Source: Eledone cirrhosa (Eukaryota). From it: a stretch of 64,000 nucleotides of DNA. This document shows positions 39,341 to 54,625 of the stretch, one piece after another. The notes beneath the pieces were generated by a model, which ran no database searches, was not told where the DNA came from, and saw nothing but the letters and a program-made list of their open reading frames with translations. The position numbers and the translations under genes were made by a program. The stretch covers positions 48,608,001 to 48,672,000 of the forward strand of contig OZ024746.1 of assembly GCA_964016885.1 (NCBI GenBank). The letters run 5' to 3'. How positions within the stretch are numbered: the first letter of the stretch is position 1; each line of letters begins with the position of its first letter.

Positions 39341-40749
39341 TATAAACAGTTTTATAAATAATTTTGACGTACCCTATTAGATGCGACCATTATTTTTGGA
39401 AGCTGTCTGGATAGTGAGATGTTTATAATTATTTTATTAGTTATAGTGTTAAGCACAGTTAGAAAAAAGACGGAGAGAAAGAAAAAACGGAGAGAGAGAA
39501 GGAGACAGAAAAAGAAGGAGAGAGAGAAAAGGAATGTATGCAGAAAAGAAAGATATATATAAATAGATAGGAGGAAATGAAAAAGAAAGAAAAAAGCAAG
39601 AAATAAGAAAGACAAAAGAAAGCAACAGAGAGATAATAATTCATCATACAGATAGAGAAACTCAAGAGAGAGGAAGTACTATATAGAGAGAGGAGGACAT
39701 ATGACATGACATAAAGTTGAATTAAGTTGAATTAACAATTCATATGAAATGAATAATAAAAATGTAAATATCAATATTCATGAATGAGACATAGATATAT
39801 AATATGAGAAAATAACATTGTTCAATAATGACCATATGTTTAGTTTAAAACCTTGAGGTCAATATACCAAAATGTGAGTTAAAACCTTCAAAAAATACCC
39901 TATTTATAAAAGTAGGATACACATATGTATATACACGCATATGTACGTTCTGAAAAAAGAGAAAATTATGTCTACTCCAGTCAATAATATAGACATACAA
40001 ATGATTTCACTTGATCACTTCTATACATTTCTTGTGTTATAAAAATTTCACAGTATATATACATAAATATTCATGTCCTCATATATATGGTTACCGTTCA
40101 TGTATTTAATATTATGCATATCTGCAACACACATCGACATATACACACACAACCATACATACACACACATATGTATAAATAAATATCTGCGTGTGTTTTC
40201 CAGCATCGTTATGCATATATACAGACATATATACGAATATAAATACACTCTATAAACCTTTTATATGCATGTTAATACACACAAATGGCCTTTGTATAGA
40301 GATAATCAAATATCAATATATTAATACAGAAATATCAAAGCATTAAATATCTTTAACACACTATAGAGTATCTCAAGTTAAAATAATATGTTTTATATAT
40401 TTATTATAGAAATCTATCCAACCTATATCTCAAACAAGATATTGCAAGGGTAGACATATGAAAGTTATTAGAAGCTATCAGAGTAAAAAAACAAATATAA
40501 TTTAAAAGATTTAGAAGACCCAGTGATTCTACGGATGCCCTTATATTTAGTATAGAAATTTATCTTACGTAAATTTTATTTAATACATTGGGAGCATATA
40601 CATTTTAGAGTAGTTTATTATATCCTTGTTTATATTTAGGAAGAAAGTTTAAAAAGAAAAAGGTGAAGGAATCTAATGATTTATCGTCAGGTTTCATATA
40701 TTAACTAAATTTCTTAATTAATTATACTACATTTTAAATTTATATTTAT

Positions 40750-42555
40750 ATTTAAACGTTGAGTTCAATCTATGTCTGCAGCAACTGAATAAATTGCTCC
40801 TTAAATTAAGGGAATTTTTGGACTTTAATATAAAGAATATTTCTTCTATACAAAGAACACAACTCTCTGATGAGGAATTAAAGAGAGACAATATTCCAAA
40901 TCATCGAATATTTAACATTATCCCGTTTAAGGTGCCAGAGTAGGCTAGATAGCGAAGTAGAGGATTTTTTGTTTGGATCTGTGAAAGAATTCTTATGATT
41001 ATTGAAGCGAAGTTTAGATTCTGTCGAGGTGGAACCAACATAGTTGAAAGAATTTAAATTAGTTTTAACATTACAATTGTACACTACATTTTTAGCTAAG
41101 CAGTTGTTATTTAACGGACAGTTAGATTTATTTCTACAGTTACAGTTATTTAATTGAATATTGTTTGGGTTATTATTGGTATTTTGGTTAGGTTTTAAAT
41201 TCCTATTATTAATTCTGTTAATATTTTGTGCTAAATTTTTGGTGGACGAGTAAGTTAATTTTATAGTGTGTCTATTAAAAATTGAGTGATATTTATGTGT
41301 TCTAGGGAAGCGTTTGTCAAGAGCATTAAAGAATAGTTTAGCAATATGGGTTTTAATATTTAGTGAGAAGGGGGGGGGGGGGGGGGCAAACCATAATATA
41401 TTTCTAGTTCTATTTCTTTTTCGGATTTTGGAATTATTGTAATGTTTTCTATTATAGTTGTTAAAGTTGTTACCGTAATTAAAATTGTTATTATTTTGGT
41501 TAGTTTGCTTATTATTATCGATGTATTTAATTTTATCTCTATATCCTTCTCTAGCTAACGCTTCATTGTAATACTGCGCTTTTTCATCAAAAATATTTTT
41601 ATTAGATGAAATTCTTGAAATTCGTTCTTGAACAGAGTTCACTATAGTATTTTTAACAGATCTGGGGTGATTAGAGTTAAAATTGACATAATTCAAGTTC
41701 TCATTTAGTTTGTGAAATGGATAGTGAAGACATGTGTTGAGATTTAGTGTTACATCTAGAAAATTGACTATTCTATGGTTATTCTCTATTTCTATTTTTA
41801 GATTAAGGTAATTAAAAAATTGTATAATTTGTTTTATTTTTCTATTTAGTTCACAGCTATTATTTTCAATAAGTAAAAGCATGTCATCACGATATAATCC
41901 TCCCGTTACACCTGGTATTTTTCTATGTAGCGAATTAATTATAAATAGGCCCACAAGGTCCGTTACCTGAGCTGAGTCAGATGATCCCATAGTTATGTCG
42001 AAATGATTATCTCTATCTGCCCTAGTCCATAGTTGGTTATTAAATTCTCTCAATGTTTTCCTTGCCGATAATATAATGTGCATTTCATTGCTAGTTGGGT
42101 CGGTATGTTTAAATGCGTAATTTAGTGCCTTATTCAGTAGATTAGGAGTGATAGATGAATAGTAGTTAGCAATATCAAGCTGAATAAACTTATTATTATA
42201 GTTATATTTAATTTCTTTAAACAACCCAATAACCTCACCAGTCCCCTTCCATAACTTTAAGTAAGGTAAATTATGTAAGTTTTTAATTTGTTGTATTACC
42301 CTGTCTAGAATGTTTTTGCTAAGTTTTCCCAGGTCAGATTTTGATGGTGCAATCAATCTGACTGGCAAATCATTTTCAAAGTTTCTTTTGTGATCTTTCA
42401 TATTGATCTTGGGTTTCCTAGGCATGAAGGGTTGTGTTTTATTCTCAATGTCTAATTCATGTATTATACAAGATGCCTCTGTATTCATTTTTTCCAGTTC
42501 GTCCTTACTTGCTAACTTGTACTTTTTCCTTAGTTCTTTCAGTATAAGGCCGTTA
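40750..42555 (-). pseudogene. PLE reverse transcriptase and GIY-YIG endonuclease (open ~560 aa; C-terminal frameshift)
   Basis: [70 protein letters not shown]; after the frameshift CVLCIEE and CCRH. The first ~66 aa of the listed ORF come from (TA)n and upstream non-coding sequence. Confidence 0.93.
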
Positions 42556-42596
42556 TACATATATATACATATATATACATATATACATATATATAC

Positions 42597-42707
<111 letters not shown>

Positions 42708-42751
42708 TTTTCGGACCCATGATTTTCTACATATTCCTTTGTTATATTCCA

Positions 42752-42809
42752 ATACCTGATGATATCACCGGATTCATATAGAACCCGGTCATTGAAATGA
42801 TGATAGTGT
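42752..42809 (+). ncRNA. Type I hammerhead motif, inverted relative to PLE B
   Basis: ATAC CTGATGA TATCACCGG...CCGGTCATT GAAAT GATG ATA GTGT; 4-bp stem I; AUA triplet. Confidence 0.7.
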
Positions 42810-43003
42810 AATAAACCTTTCAAGGATTTACACCAGTCCAGCCTCCTGTAATATTTCATTTATAATTAACTCCGTATTCGCACCACCAACTACACAAACG
42901 AAGATGGGTGAACTGCACTGCGTTGAGTACTCTTCACAATATTACACCAGGATTGACCATACGGAATGACCAGTTCTATCCAGTGGTGAACCAACAAACC
43001 TAA

Positions 43004-43051
<48 letters not shown>

Positions 43052-43166
43052 TTACACACGAACTACTGACCAAATAATATTTGGTATCAATGGGTTAAAG
43101 ACATCTGTCACATCAATTAGTGGTGAAGGTGGTGTATATATATATATAGATACACACACACACACC

Positions 43167-43227
<61 letters not shown>

Positions 43228-43551
43228 ACACACATACACACGCACACACATATATAGAGTGAATGTGAAAGACCAAAGGTCATTATTGAACGTCTCTAGA
43301 TTTGGCAAAATACATAATATTTTTTATTAGAGAAGGTAAGATATTTTTTCGCAAAAATTTGATTGCACTGTTTTGTTTCCACTTATGTATTTTTCGAAAA
43401 TGTTATTTATTCATTATAAAAATTAAATGATAGCATTCTATATGTAGGTGGCCCATTTCATCTTCTGGCAACCGTATAGTTTTAGACCCAGTCCGCCACT
43501 GTGTATATACGTTTATATATATATGTATGTATATATATATATATATATATA

Positions 43552-43586
<35 letters not shown>

Positions 43587-43926
43587 TCTGAAGACGGCAT
43601 ATATATGTGTTGGTATGTATATTTAATTTTGATAGTTTGTATAATTTTGTATAATTTTGTACATAGATCTGTTGAATATGCATGCCAATTCTAACACATA
43701 TATATCCTAGAAACGATCGTTAAATAATGAACTTTTTTTGTTTAATATAAGGAACTGTTTCATTGTTTTATTCATTATTTTTTAAATATTTTATCTTGAC
43801 TCTGTATTCCGTTTATCTTTCACCGAAAGTGATTTTTCATTGCATCTCTTCTTTCCATGATATCCGGATTACATTGAGTTCTTCATACGGATTGGACACT
43901 ACCGTAAACTCTTGGTAGATTTATCT

Positions 43927-43973
<47 letters not shown>

Positions 43974-44119
43974 GGTGTGTATGTGTGTGTGTGTGTGTAT
44001 AGTGTTGTCAAAGTTTGGTAAAAATATCCAAAGGTAAGAGCACTCAGTATGAACTTCGGAGATTTTTGACTCCTCATCAGAAGATAACTAGCCTTATTAT
44101 AATCTCAGCGTTATTTACA

Positions 44120-44176
<57 letters not shown>

Positions 44177-45009
44177 AACACGATGTAGAATATAAGTAAG
44201 AGAGTCAGTCAAATTTTCATGTCACGCGTATGATACCTTTGGCGACATGATTAATTAAATAACAGATATTTATGCTAGAATAGATTTAGGGTAAATTTCA
44301 TTGTAAGTCATATAAAGTATATTGTTGTTGAAATAGCGAAGCAACAGTTTTCGAAATTTTAGTCAAGATACCAATGAACTCGTAATTTAAGATTTAATTT
44401 TTTTAGCAAATATTAAGTTAGATCTTATACGACTTGCAATATTGTTCTTTTAAAGAATAGTCATATAACCTATTGCAAAAATAATATAACACTGAAAAGT
44501 TAGAACTGGATTATTCTGCTGTCTAACATATTTTAACGTTTGTTTCATATTTTTGAACACTAGAGAATTTATGACTGCGACTTGGCTACAATTTCCGACG
44601 GCGTAGGACAATATTAAATGAGGAGAGAGAATCATTTGTGCACTTAGCAACATGACGTAGTCTGTCGATAACACTATTACTTCTGCATCTGTAGCATCAG
44701 CACGTACTCAGGCAATCTGGTCATCTTGTTTTCTGGCAATTTACGCTCCTCCAATGTGTCTTGTCATTAGTAATTTTATCTTTGTAACGGAAGCAGTGAT
44801 TATGAACTAATTTGCGTTTTCCTTTTATCGTTTCTAGGTAACCGTACTAACACTGACAGCACTGATCGTTAATCGAAATTCCAATGTTAAAGGGAAATGA
44901 ATAATTTAAGTTCATGTCTTAGGTTCGTCCCTGCCGTCCGATTATCAAATCAAGCAGAAGTTGTTTTTTCCTTTTATTTATTTTCCTTTTACGATTAATG
45001 TATATATTA

Positions 45010-45145
45010 TGGCCCTTTACGTTCTGAGTTTAAATCCCGCCGAGGTTAACTTTGCCTTTCATCCTTACAGGTTCGATAAAATAAAGCACTAGTAATGCAC
45101 TGGGGGTAATTCCTGGCCTTGTGCCAACAGTAGAAACAATTATTA
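45010..45145 (+). mobile_element. 5'-truncated tRNA-derived SINE
   Basis: Box B through 3' end match consensus. Confidence 0.85.
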
Positions 45146-45619
45146 CTGCATGCGTAGGAGGGGAATGGATTGTTGTCATGAATGTTGATGAATGTTTAAT
45201 GTACCACAGCTGACTAGTCATCAGACACGTGTAGCCTTAACATAATTTGTCAAATAATCAAGTACTATCAGCAAGACACAATATGTGACAAGTCTGATTA
45301 CTTGAATTATAAGTACAATCCATTCAATATGCTTTCATAGTTTCCGTTCACTCAGTTTCACTTACAGGTTTGGATGAAACTGACGCTTTGGTAAATGACA
45401 CTCATTAAATGTGATACGCAGTGCTGGGTCAAACCCGGAATACCACGATTGCGAAGAGAGATTTTTCATCACTTAGCCATGCTCCCACTCACAGCAACGC
45501 CACACAACTAACCCCCCCCCAAAAAAAAAACCCAAATAAAAACACACAATGCAAAAAAAAGCAACAAATAATAAAACGCAGAAAAACAAAGCTGTCAAAT
45601 ATATACAACAAACCAAAGA

Positions 45620-45950
45620 GGAAAACATTATATAGAGAAATTAGTAGTATCGATAAGAGCTATAAGACAACCTTATGTCCAAAGAACCAAATAACATAAA
45701 CACATTTAAGCCTTATGTAAACACACTCATAAGGCAGTTCTCGAAAATTAACCCTTAAAGGCGAAAAGAACACAAAACCTCAAATACGCACCACAAACCG
45801 AGCCATGATTTTGATTCCTTTCTTGCATCATACATCCAAACATCAACAAGGAAATCTCAAAATCTCAAAAGATTCATGGCCAGATAAAAGCCTGACATGC
45901 ACCTAAAACTCATAAATACCGAATAATTCACTGCCCTCCTTTTGTAGGTG
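45620..45950 (+). pseudogene. Highly decayed PLE linker fragment
   Basis: Broken-frame IPF..HPNINKEISK..KDSW and PPFVG resemble the PLE thumb-to-endonuclease linker. Confidence 0.35.
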
Positions 45951-47105
45951 GATATCCGTATTTCCCATATATATATAGTTGTACAAGGATTAGACCGGGG
46001 GCTTTGCAGTCGGCTCTTTACGTTCTAAATTTATTCCTGCCGAGACTAATAACATAAAGTTCCCACAAAGACCTGGAGTGTATATAATCGACTTTCTCCT
46101 CCCCACATATTGTTGCCTTGTGTCTAAATCAGAAAGGATTATTTTACCAAGATTTATATGGCTGGAACAGTTATTTTAGAATCACACTATTATTTTGTCA
46201 GTCAATATATATTTAAAAAAAACTGGTTTCTTTATTCTCAACAACATAGACTGCAGTACTGCGTATTTAGAGTACATGTTGACGATGAACTTAATATATT
46301 GTTACTACAGCATAGTTCATGCCGTACTTCTGTCCTGAAAAACATTGATTTATCATCTTATTATCTTTATTATCTACGGTTTAAGAAATACTTCCAAACA
46401 AGAATGAAATACATCTTGGAAAGCATGTATAAACATGTTCAATGCAACAAGTAATGTGAATGGTTCGAAATAAGACAGAGGTGTGTGGTTACAGCCGTAT
46501 AGCATTTGATCATAGGTCCCAAAAAGCAAGACTGACAGAGCTAAATAACAACAAAAAAAGACAACAAAAACAACAGCAACAACAATAGGTGTGGTTCTAG
46601 CAACAGAAGTAGGGTTTAGAGTAGTAGCAACATTAACAGCATTTTTTGTAGTAGAAGTAAAAAAGTTAATAAGTTGCTACTGATAAACCACAGTAGATAT
46701 AAAAGCTGCAGAACTGGTCAAACAATAGAACTAAGATCAATACTATTGAATTCTGAACATGTAGAGGGAACAATATGATTGTAGGATTATAGCAGTAATG
46801 CAGCAATCATAGGGATGGAGCGAATGAAAAAAACATATGATCACGGCAACAATGATGAAATCTACTACCAACAACAATGAAAACAACACCATGTTATTTA
46901 ACATTAAATCAAGAAGGTCCAGGAATAGCCATGGGGTTACGAACTTAACTTCATAAACACGAAGTTCTAGACTCGATCCTACTGCATGGACCCCTGGGCA
47001 AGTGTCTATTAAGGTAACCTTATGTTGATTAAAATCTTAGTGCAATTTGATAGACTCAAAGGTCAGGGTGTGTGTGTGTATATATGTATATATATATTGG
47101 TGGGT

Positions 47106-47183
47106 TTCCGTCGTTTCCGATGAGGTCTGCTGGTGAATTTAACTTGTACATGGTTGAGCATTCGAGACATGTTCATGATAGAA
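47106..47183 (+). ncRNA. Degenerate hammerhead motif
   Basis: CCGATGA core (U4C), GAGAC (A>G), palindromic ACATGT, flanks TTCCGTCGT/ATGATAGAA pair imperfectly; lies between TA microsatellites. Confidence 0.4.
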
Positions 47184-50100
47184 TGTCTCTTACACATTGC
47201 CCGTGCTGTCTGAATTGGAGCAAAGTGTATATATATATATATGTGTATATATATATATATATGTATATATATATAGAGATAGATAGATAGATAGATAGAG
47301 ACAGACAGAGAAAGAGAGAAAGGATGAGCGGAATGTGTGTTGTGTATATGAATGTGAGCCTGCGTATGCGCCAGTGTCTATACGTGCATCTTTGTTTATG
47401 TTTAAACAAGTTACTTGGTGTTATGTATATATTGTTCTGTAACCTAGCAATATGACAAATAAAGAGCGATAAGATTATTTACTAGACTGGAATACGACTT
47501 GAAAAGTCATGCCCCCACAGAAAACAATTAGTTGATCAGAAAAATACTTTTGACGTCTAAACCGAATGTTTTAATATTTTTTAGGTCGTAAATATTTCTT
47601 TCCTTTTCTAGGCTGATAATACCTTACCGGCACCACTCGAGTTAGGTAAATATTTAACCCATAAATGGGCCCTTAACAGGTACTACTGCTCCGGGACAGA
47701 GCAGACCTCGGAGTGACATTAACTAAGGTGTAACTCCAAATACCCCACAGCTCCTGAATTCCCGAACTCTCATACCCAGGACGTAAATACCGTGATTTAA
47801 AATATACAATCAAATCCCCCCCCCCCCCCAAAAAAAAAATCAACCAACACTTTTAGACGAAAATAACAATCCAAGGGTATTAAACGTAACATTACTGGAT
47901 GTCGTTGGACGAACACAAAGGAAAATTCCGTAACATGATGAAAAACAATAAAATTATATACTTGCGCCAAACAAGCAAGTGTATAATTTCCTTTCATCGT
48001 GGAAGTTCTAAATTCTTTACTATATTCGATCCATACTACAAATATATTGGAAAAATCAAAGATCTCATCTATACTGATGTACTAGCAATTAAGGTATGGG
48101 AAACTGATAAAAAATAAAAGCTAATTTTAGACTTAGTGTTCGTTGTTGTTATGATCACACTGTTTTTTAATCAGCCAGTGTGTAATTAGAATTACATGTA
48201 AGCTTCATTAGACAAGTAGAGAATTATTTGAGAGAGATCTCGCTTATGTTTCTCGTAGGTTGCATATCTACGTTGAATAAGTTCCATCGTTGATTTCATG
48301 GGCTTTAAGAGCGTTGTAGAGAAATCAACAGGTTAGTCGTTGTTTATTATATAATTTCGTTTCAGTAGATTACATAAGCATTTGTTATTCAATTAATATC
48401 CAAGAATAACTACTTTACGATGCTCGATGTCATATAACTCAAGTAATTAAGTTAAGAATTCGGTCGAGTGGCAACATTGTTAATGTCGGGAAATGCGTTG
48501 AGATATTTATTCCAGCTTTTAGGCTATCAGTTCGAATCTCGCTAGGATAAATTTTCCTTCTGCCAGGATATATAAAATAAAGTACTACTAGGATAGAATT
48601 AATATATTGGGCTCTTCATCCAAAATTACTTATGTTACGCTTATGTAAGAAAATGTCAAGGAAAGAGGTCTTAATGCAGGTAGTGTTGTGCTAAAATGTT
48701 CGAATATTCACGTGTAGTAGCTACGATCACTTTAATCTCGTATTAGATAACGGGTGAGATCGAGAGGGACAATACACCAAGATCAATATGAAATCTATCA
48801 CAAGAATGCTGGCTGAAATTTGAAACAATCTTAAAAGGAAAATAATCGAAGTCGACCTCTGATGAACTGATCGGCTGATAGTTTGTTTGAACATTAGTAA
48901 ATTGATACTAGGTAGTAACCCTGATCAGACTAACCTATTTCCAGATATTATATCTCGTGGGTTACATTTTCTAAAGTTGGTAGGGTCAGATTTGAGGAGA
49001 AATCTAATCCTATTTATGTTTTTATAGCTTATTCAGCACTTATGACTTTTGCAGGAACTCCGGAACAAATAGGGGACATTATCCTTATAACGAAGTCCTG
49101 TTTCGAATTCTCGCAATAGAATTATCACAAGCTATTGCTGCTGGAGTTGTGATAAATTGTGACAGATGAAATTTATGAGATAGAACAATACATAGAGGAT
49201 TCGTGTTTTGATAGATAACTATAAATTTATAGACCTATAAAAGCTGTGCAAAAATATATATACAGTGTACTTGCATCTTACGCAGTCAATTGGTTCCTAC
49301 ACTCTAACTTTATTTTAAAAACTGCGTGCTTTCAAGACCCTTATACATAAATAATTATGTACATCGATTTTCCGAAGGAAGATAACGAAAGGTTTGCTTG
49401 AGATTGAGAACATTGAGAAAAAGCAATGATAGCAAACGGGGTAAGAGTTGATGTGACCTTGTGCAGAGAAGAGCGTTAATAATTTTACATAAAAAAAAAA
49501 AAATATATATTTTCTGATGTTCAAAATCGCAGAGATATATACATGGATAAGAAGTGGCGTGTAATATGGAATGGACAATCATGTTAAATGGTCAAGAGAG
49601 CTTTCTGTGTACTCCCGTATGCTATTAAAGAGGCAGATGGTCTGACTAAATTATGTAACTCACACAATCATATGTCTTATATTCAAATCAAGTAAAATCC
49701 TCTTCATGCATACATTTGTAGCGCATCTGACTGAATTTCATTCTCTTACATTTCACTTGAATTAAGCCCACTTAACTTTTGTCAATATTTTCAAGTCAAG
49801 AAGGGACATATATGTCATCCACTTACGGTCAGTATCCTAACTATATACCGTGCATTTTAAACCAATTTTAAGGCTTTTAATACAAAGTCTATATGGAGAG
49901 ATATCTTTGGTAATGCAGTTAATTCCATCAATATGCTATTCGTTTAGACATTTCTAACAGTTACATATCTGAGATTTGGAATCGGTATTTATATGTGATT
50001 TCAAATATTTGACTTTCATGTCTGTTATCAACATGTACAAAAGGAAATAATGTCAACCAATGATGCTACAGCATTGATTGCCAATCCTATTGAAATGAAA

Positions 50101-52439
50101 AACACATACGAGTTTTATTGAATAACTTTTACAAAGCCTTGATGTTTTGATCTATAACATCTACACGCAAACTCACAATAACATATAAGTATGTATGTAT
50201 ATATACACATGTACATACATATGTATAACTTGATACATAGTATACAAATACCCAAATTATATGTACATATAGACAACAATAATCAAGTAATGATTATATG
50301 TATATCTGTTAGTATGTGTAGGCACTAATGCATATCTTCGTGTGAATTTCTCTAAGGTGTTTGTGGGTGTGTGATACTACTGTGAAATTGATTATTAATC
50401 GTAAAGTCATTTGTCATATATAATATGTATGGGATACATATATATGTGCGTCTGTATGTAACCATACGTATCCTGGTCTGGTGTCTAAGGTGGTTGTGAG
50501 TTCGTGATAATGTTGGCTCATGCCGCAAACAGCGGTACGTTCATATGTGGATAGCCAGTGTCGTTGTTCTTTTCAGATGCTGATGACTGTATTATGCGGT
50601 ATGTGAGCAGAACCACTCCCTGAAGCGGTCCTGTGTCATTCTCACACATCGTTTATTTGCGGTCGGTTGGCCGTTTACATTTGTTACAATCGTGACTTCA
50701 TACAGCATTAATCTTGTGTTCCATCCATCCATCCATCCATCTTCAATAGGTTTCCATATTTCACCGACAAGACTTTGGTGGCCGAACGGTTAGGGCAGGT
50801 GGGATATACTCGAGTTGCTGTACAGTACGCTCGAACCCGCAATCATGCAATTATAGAGCGAACTTCTATCAGCATTGACGAGCTTCTATCAGCATCTTTT
50901 CACAAATATATAACAATGTATGCATTATTTAATCGTCGAATTTCATTAGTATTTGTGTTCTCTGCCACTATAAGTACTCGTGTCCTGATTATTACAGCTA
51001 AGAAATCTATCTGCAACAACCCACGCTTCTTGTTGGCTTAGTAGGTAGGAATTGATTTTACGCATAGGCGTATTAGATGACATAATTTCAATCGATTTCC
51101 TGATGATACTAAACATTTATTTCAATGATCACGGATTTAGGCACTATATCATATTTCTCGTTATCAATCCTAGCCATAGACATTCATTAGACGTCGTACA
51201 AATTTCCTCATAGCTCATCGTTTCGATTGATTTTTTTTTTTCCTTTTTCTTTTGGTAATTTGACTTCTCTTTCCGTAATCTTTCTGTAGAAATGGTGTGA
51301 TCATTACTCTGACTGATTTCTTACTACGGTGGCGAAATAACAATTTCCATATTCTGCGCCCACATGAAAACTTGTACATGGTAGCCGGCTATATCGCTAG
51401 GGATAGCAGCCAAATTTTCCTCATATTACATGTCAATGACTTGTAAGTGTATAATGTAGTCATAAATATGTTATGGTTGAAAGGCACGCACAGGCATGAC
51501 TTGGTTGTAAAGATGTTCGCTCCTGAATGATGCGATTTGTACTTCATAGCATCATGGGAAAATGTCTTTACCATAGCTATGAGTCGGCAGAAGTTATGTG
51601 AATGAAATAGGTAGATAGAAACTGTGAGGAAGATCGTCTAATGGATTGTATATGTAATTCAAAGGATTATCACATGTTATGTCAAAGGATTGTTACATGT
51701 TATGTCATGCTGATTCTGTCTGGGATGTGTTAAGATTATAGATGTCTGTGGCATGTTTATATGTTAATTCGAAAGTTGCGCGATCAGTGGATCGAACCAT
51801 TGAACACTCATCGTCGAAAACGACGGAGAATTCATCATGTCTAAGAGAAAACGATGATATGGTCACATTTGGGATCTTCTTCACCATTTGCTAGCTCCTG
51901 TTGAATAAGTAATTACTAGAAATCATTTAATCACAACAAGTATTTTAACAAGATATATGACAGTGATTTTTTCTCTAAGAAATCAGTTAAATATTTTAAT
52001 TGTATGTCAAAGAAGCGATGGATATGGTTTGGGAAGTATGTATTGTAATTATTTCATCTTTCCCTCGCTACAATATATCAGTGATACACTGGATTTTATT
52101 AAATGAAATATACATTTCTTTTTCTTCTAATAAACATTATTTATACTTATACTTATAATAATTGTTATATTATGCTGTTTATCTATACGAGCACATCTAT
52201 AATTAAATGAATTTCAACCGTAAGTATACCACCATTATTCAATGTGTAAGACGGTTGGGTGTGGTTTCAGGACGATTTGGCTGCTACATCCTGCAGGTCG
52301 TGCATCAGTTTATCCTCATATATATAATATAATGGTGTTTGATGACAGTGTGCCAGGCGAAATACCTTGAGATATTTGGTATTATCAAATCTACATTTTA
52401 TCATTCCGATATGGTGGATAAGTGCCTGTTAATCTCTAG

Positions 52440-52542
<103 letters not shown>

Positions 52543-53293
52543 CGAGAGTGAGAGAGAGAGAGAGAGAAGCCGTAAAGTGGTTTAAATCCGGACACTTATT
52601 CTATCTCTAACTACACAACAATGCAGACATAAGGATTTAGTTTGCGACAGCTATTTGCAAATGCATTTTTATCATAGTCATTTCATATGCAATACATGTT
52701 AAAGCTCAGCGGACCTTTTTTATCCGATGGTTAGTTTCTGATGTAATTTACCATCTATCAAGGTCATTTACTTCTAGAAAGAACACCCATGAAACCTCTA
52801 ACTAAGCTAATATGTTAGTTCTATCCCTGACTAAGCTAATAGTCTTTCGCTGCTCTGTTAAAGTGTTTGCCATTATTTGTAACATATTTCGTATCCTAGA
52901 TACTGGAACTAATTGCATGTGTATAAGTGTATGATTACGCGTAACGTTAGTGTGTAGGTTTTGTATCGTGCTGTGTGTACATGTGAATATTTCTGTTTCA
53001 TAAGTGCATGTGGTTTGTCCTTTTGTCTGTATGTGTGTGTAAAACGATGTACGTTCGTTAATGCTTGTGAATTCATATGTGCAAATTTGTTTTAATGTTT
53101 GCGTTTGAATGTTTGTAAGCATGTGTGTTTTTGACGTTTGCGTGTGTGTTTGTCGGGTGCAAAGAAGCATGAGCATGTGTAAATGAGTGCAAGTGTGCAT
53201 GAAGTGGAATCTGTCAGCTAATGGGTAGATTAATTTATGTGTGTGTGTGTGTACGTGTACGTGTATGTGTGGATGCGCGGGCTTATGAGTGTG

Positions 53294-53334
<41 letters not shown>

Positions 53335-53353
53335 TTTTGAGGGACACCCAGTG

Positions 53354-53387
<34 letters not shown>

Positions 53388-53389
<2 letters not shown>

Positions 53390-53479
53390 AGGTGTCCCTG
53401 AAAAATGTATACACCATTCCAATAAATATTGCTTGTATAGGTAATCAAAGTGTGTATACATTTTTGGGGAGATACCCTG
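53388..53479. mobile_element. Tc1/mariner-type mini-MITE
   Basis: CAAGGTGTCCCTGAAAAATGTATACAC / GTGTATACATTTTTGGGGAGATACCCTG imperfect TIRs, TA on right; extra TIR remnant at 53329-53352. Confidence 0.6.
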
Positions 53480-53965
53480 TATATATATATATAGCATTTT
53501 GAATGAACCGCCCGGGACCGGGGTTATTTCCCTTGCCGGAGTTAAGACGTGATAATTATAGATACGATTAGCAGCTTGCAGCAGCAACATATAATTTATC
53601 ACTCCGATCCTAGGAAAAACGATAAAACCTGTTGATAAACTGAATCCTACGTTCGATCACCAATACCATGAGCTTGCCTTTCAAATAAGTCTGATATTTG
53701 ATTTCGGATTCAAAGAAACACTTTAAACGATTGTTCGTTTAATTTGTCCAGGTGTAGCTTTCTCAACCTGATTAGTTCTATCGTTACTTTGGTACATATT
53801 GTGTGTTAGTTTATCCTACCACAATGTTCGATTTGTCAAGCTACTTAAACATAAGTTATTACTCTAAGGCCCTACCTTATCGAGTGCTTTGATAACTCAT
53901 CACTTCATATAAGTAGGCTGAATTTACTTGCAAACCGCCAGAGATTCGATTTTACTGATTTCCAA

Positions 53966-53986
53966 TTATATATATATATATCTATA

Positions 53987-54025
<39 letters not shown>

Positions 54026-54029
54026 TGTA

Positions 54030-54110
<81 letters not shown>

Positions 54111-54114
54111 TGTA

Positions 54115-54161
<47 letters not shown>

Positions 54162-54164
54162 TGT

Positions 54165-54232
<68 letters not shown>
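53966..54232. repeat. Long (TA)n microsatellite with ACTG interruptions
   Basis: Visible. Confidence 0.97.
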
Positions 54233-54241
<9 letters not shown>

Positions 54242-54574
54242 GATGAAGGTATGTGTGTATATATAGGTGTAAGTGCACTAAATCCCTTTCTATCACGCTC
54301 CCCTCTCCTACCGACCACAGGAAGATATATGTATGTATATTGCTTCCACCCCCTCACTGACCAGCAGCTGGCCAGCTGGCCATTGCTAAATCTGACCTTT
54401 ATAAAATACCCCCCCCCCCAAATAACTTCTCATTCACTACCAGAAAGGCACACAGCAGTCAACCTGTTGCTACCAAGATGAAAACTACTATGAAATCCCA
54501 CAATGAATTTTATACTTGAATTTTCAAATCTCAAATTTTAACTCTTCGTATTATTAATTTTTCTTAATATTAAT

Positions 54575-54625
54575 CAACATTTGAAAAGATGGCTTTTGCA
54601 GACCCATCGAAACCGGTCATTTTTT
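54575..54625 (+). ncRNA. Hammerhead-like motif with U3-A8 core variant
   Basis: TTGAAAA GATGG...CCATC GAAAC CG GTC; palindromic ACCGGT; stem I weak. Confidence 0.5.

Larger units (their letters stand above)
39230..42555 (-). mobile_element. 5'-truncated Penelope-like element B (Naiad-like)
   Basis: RT/GIY-YIG ORF plus ~1.4 kb 3' region ending in an HHR; both ends abut (TA)n. Confidence 0.88.

Noticed and set aside
40861-40910. CTGATGAG on the + strand as a hammerhead core
   Set aside because: It is the antisense of PLE coding sequence (SSSESCVLC) and lacks a properly placed GAAA and stems.
44041-44095. Minus-strand CTGATGA GGAG...CTCC GAAG
   Set aside because: Core and stem II are present, but GAAG replaces GAAA and no stem I/III could be formed.
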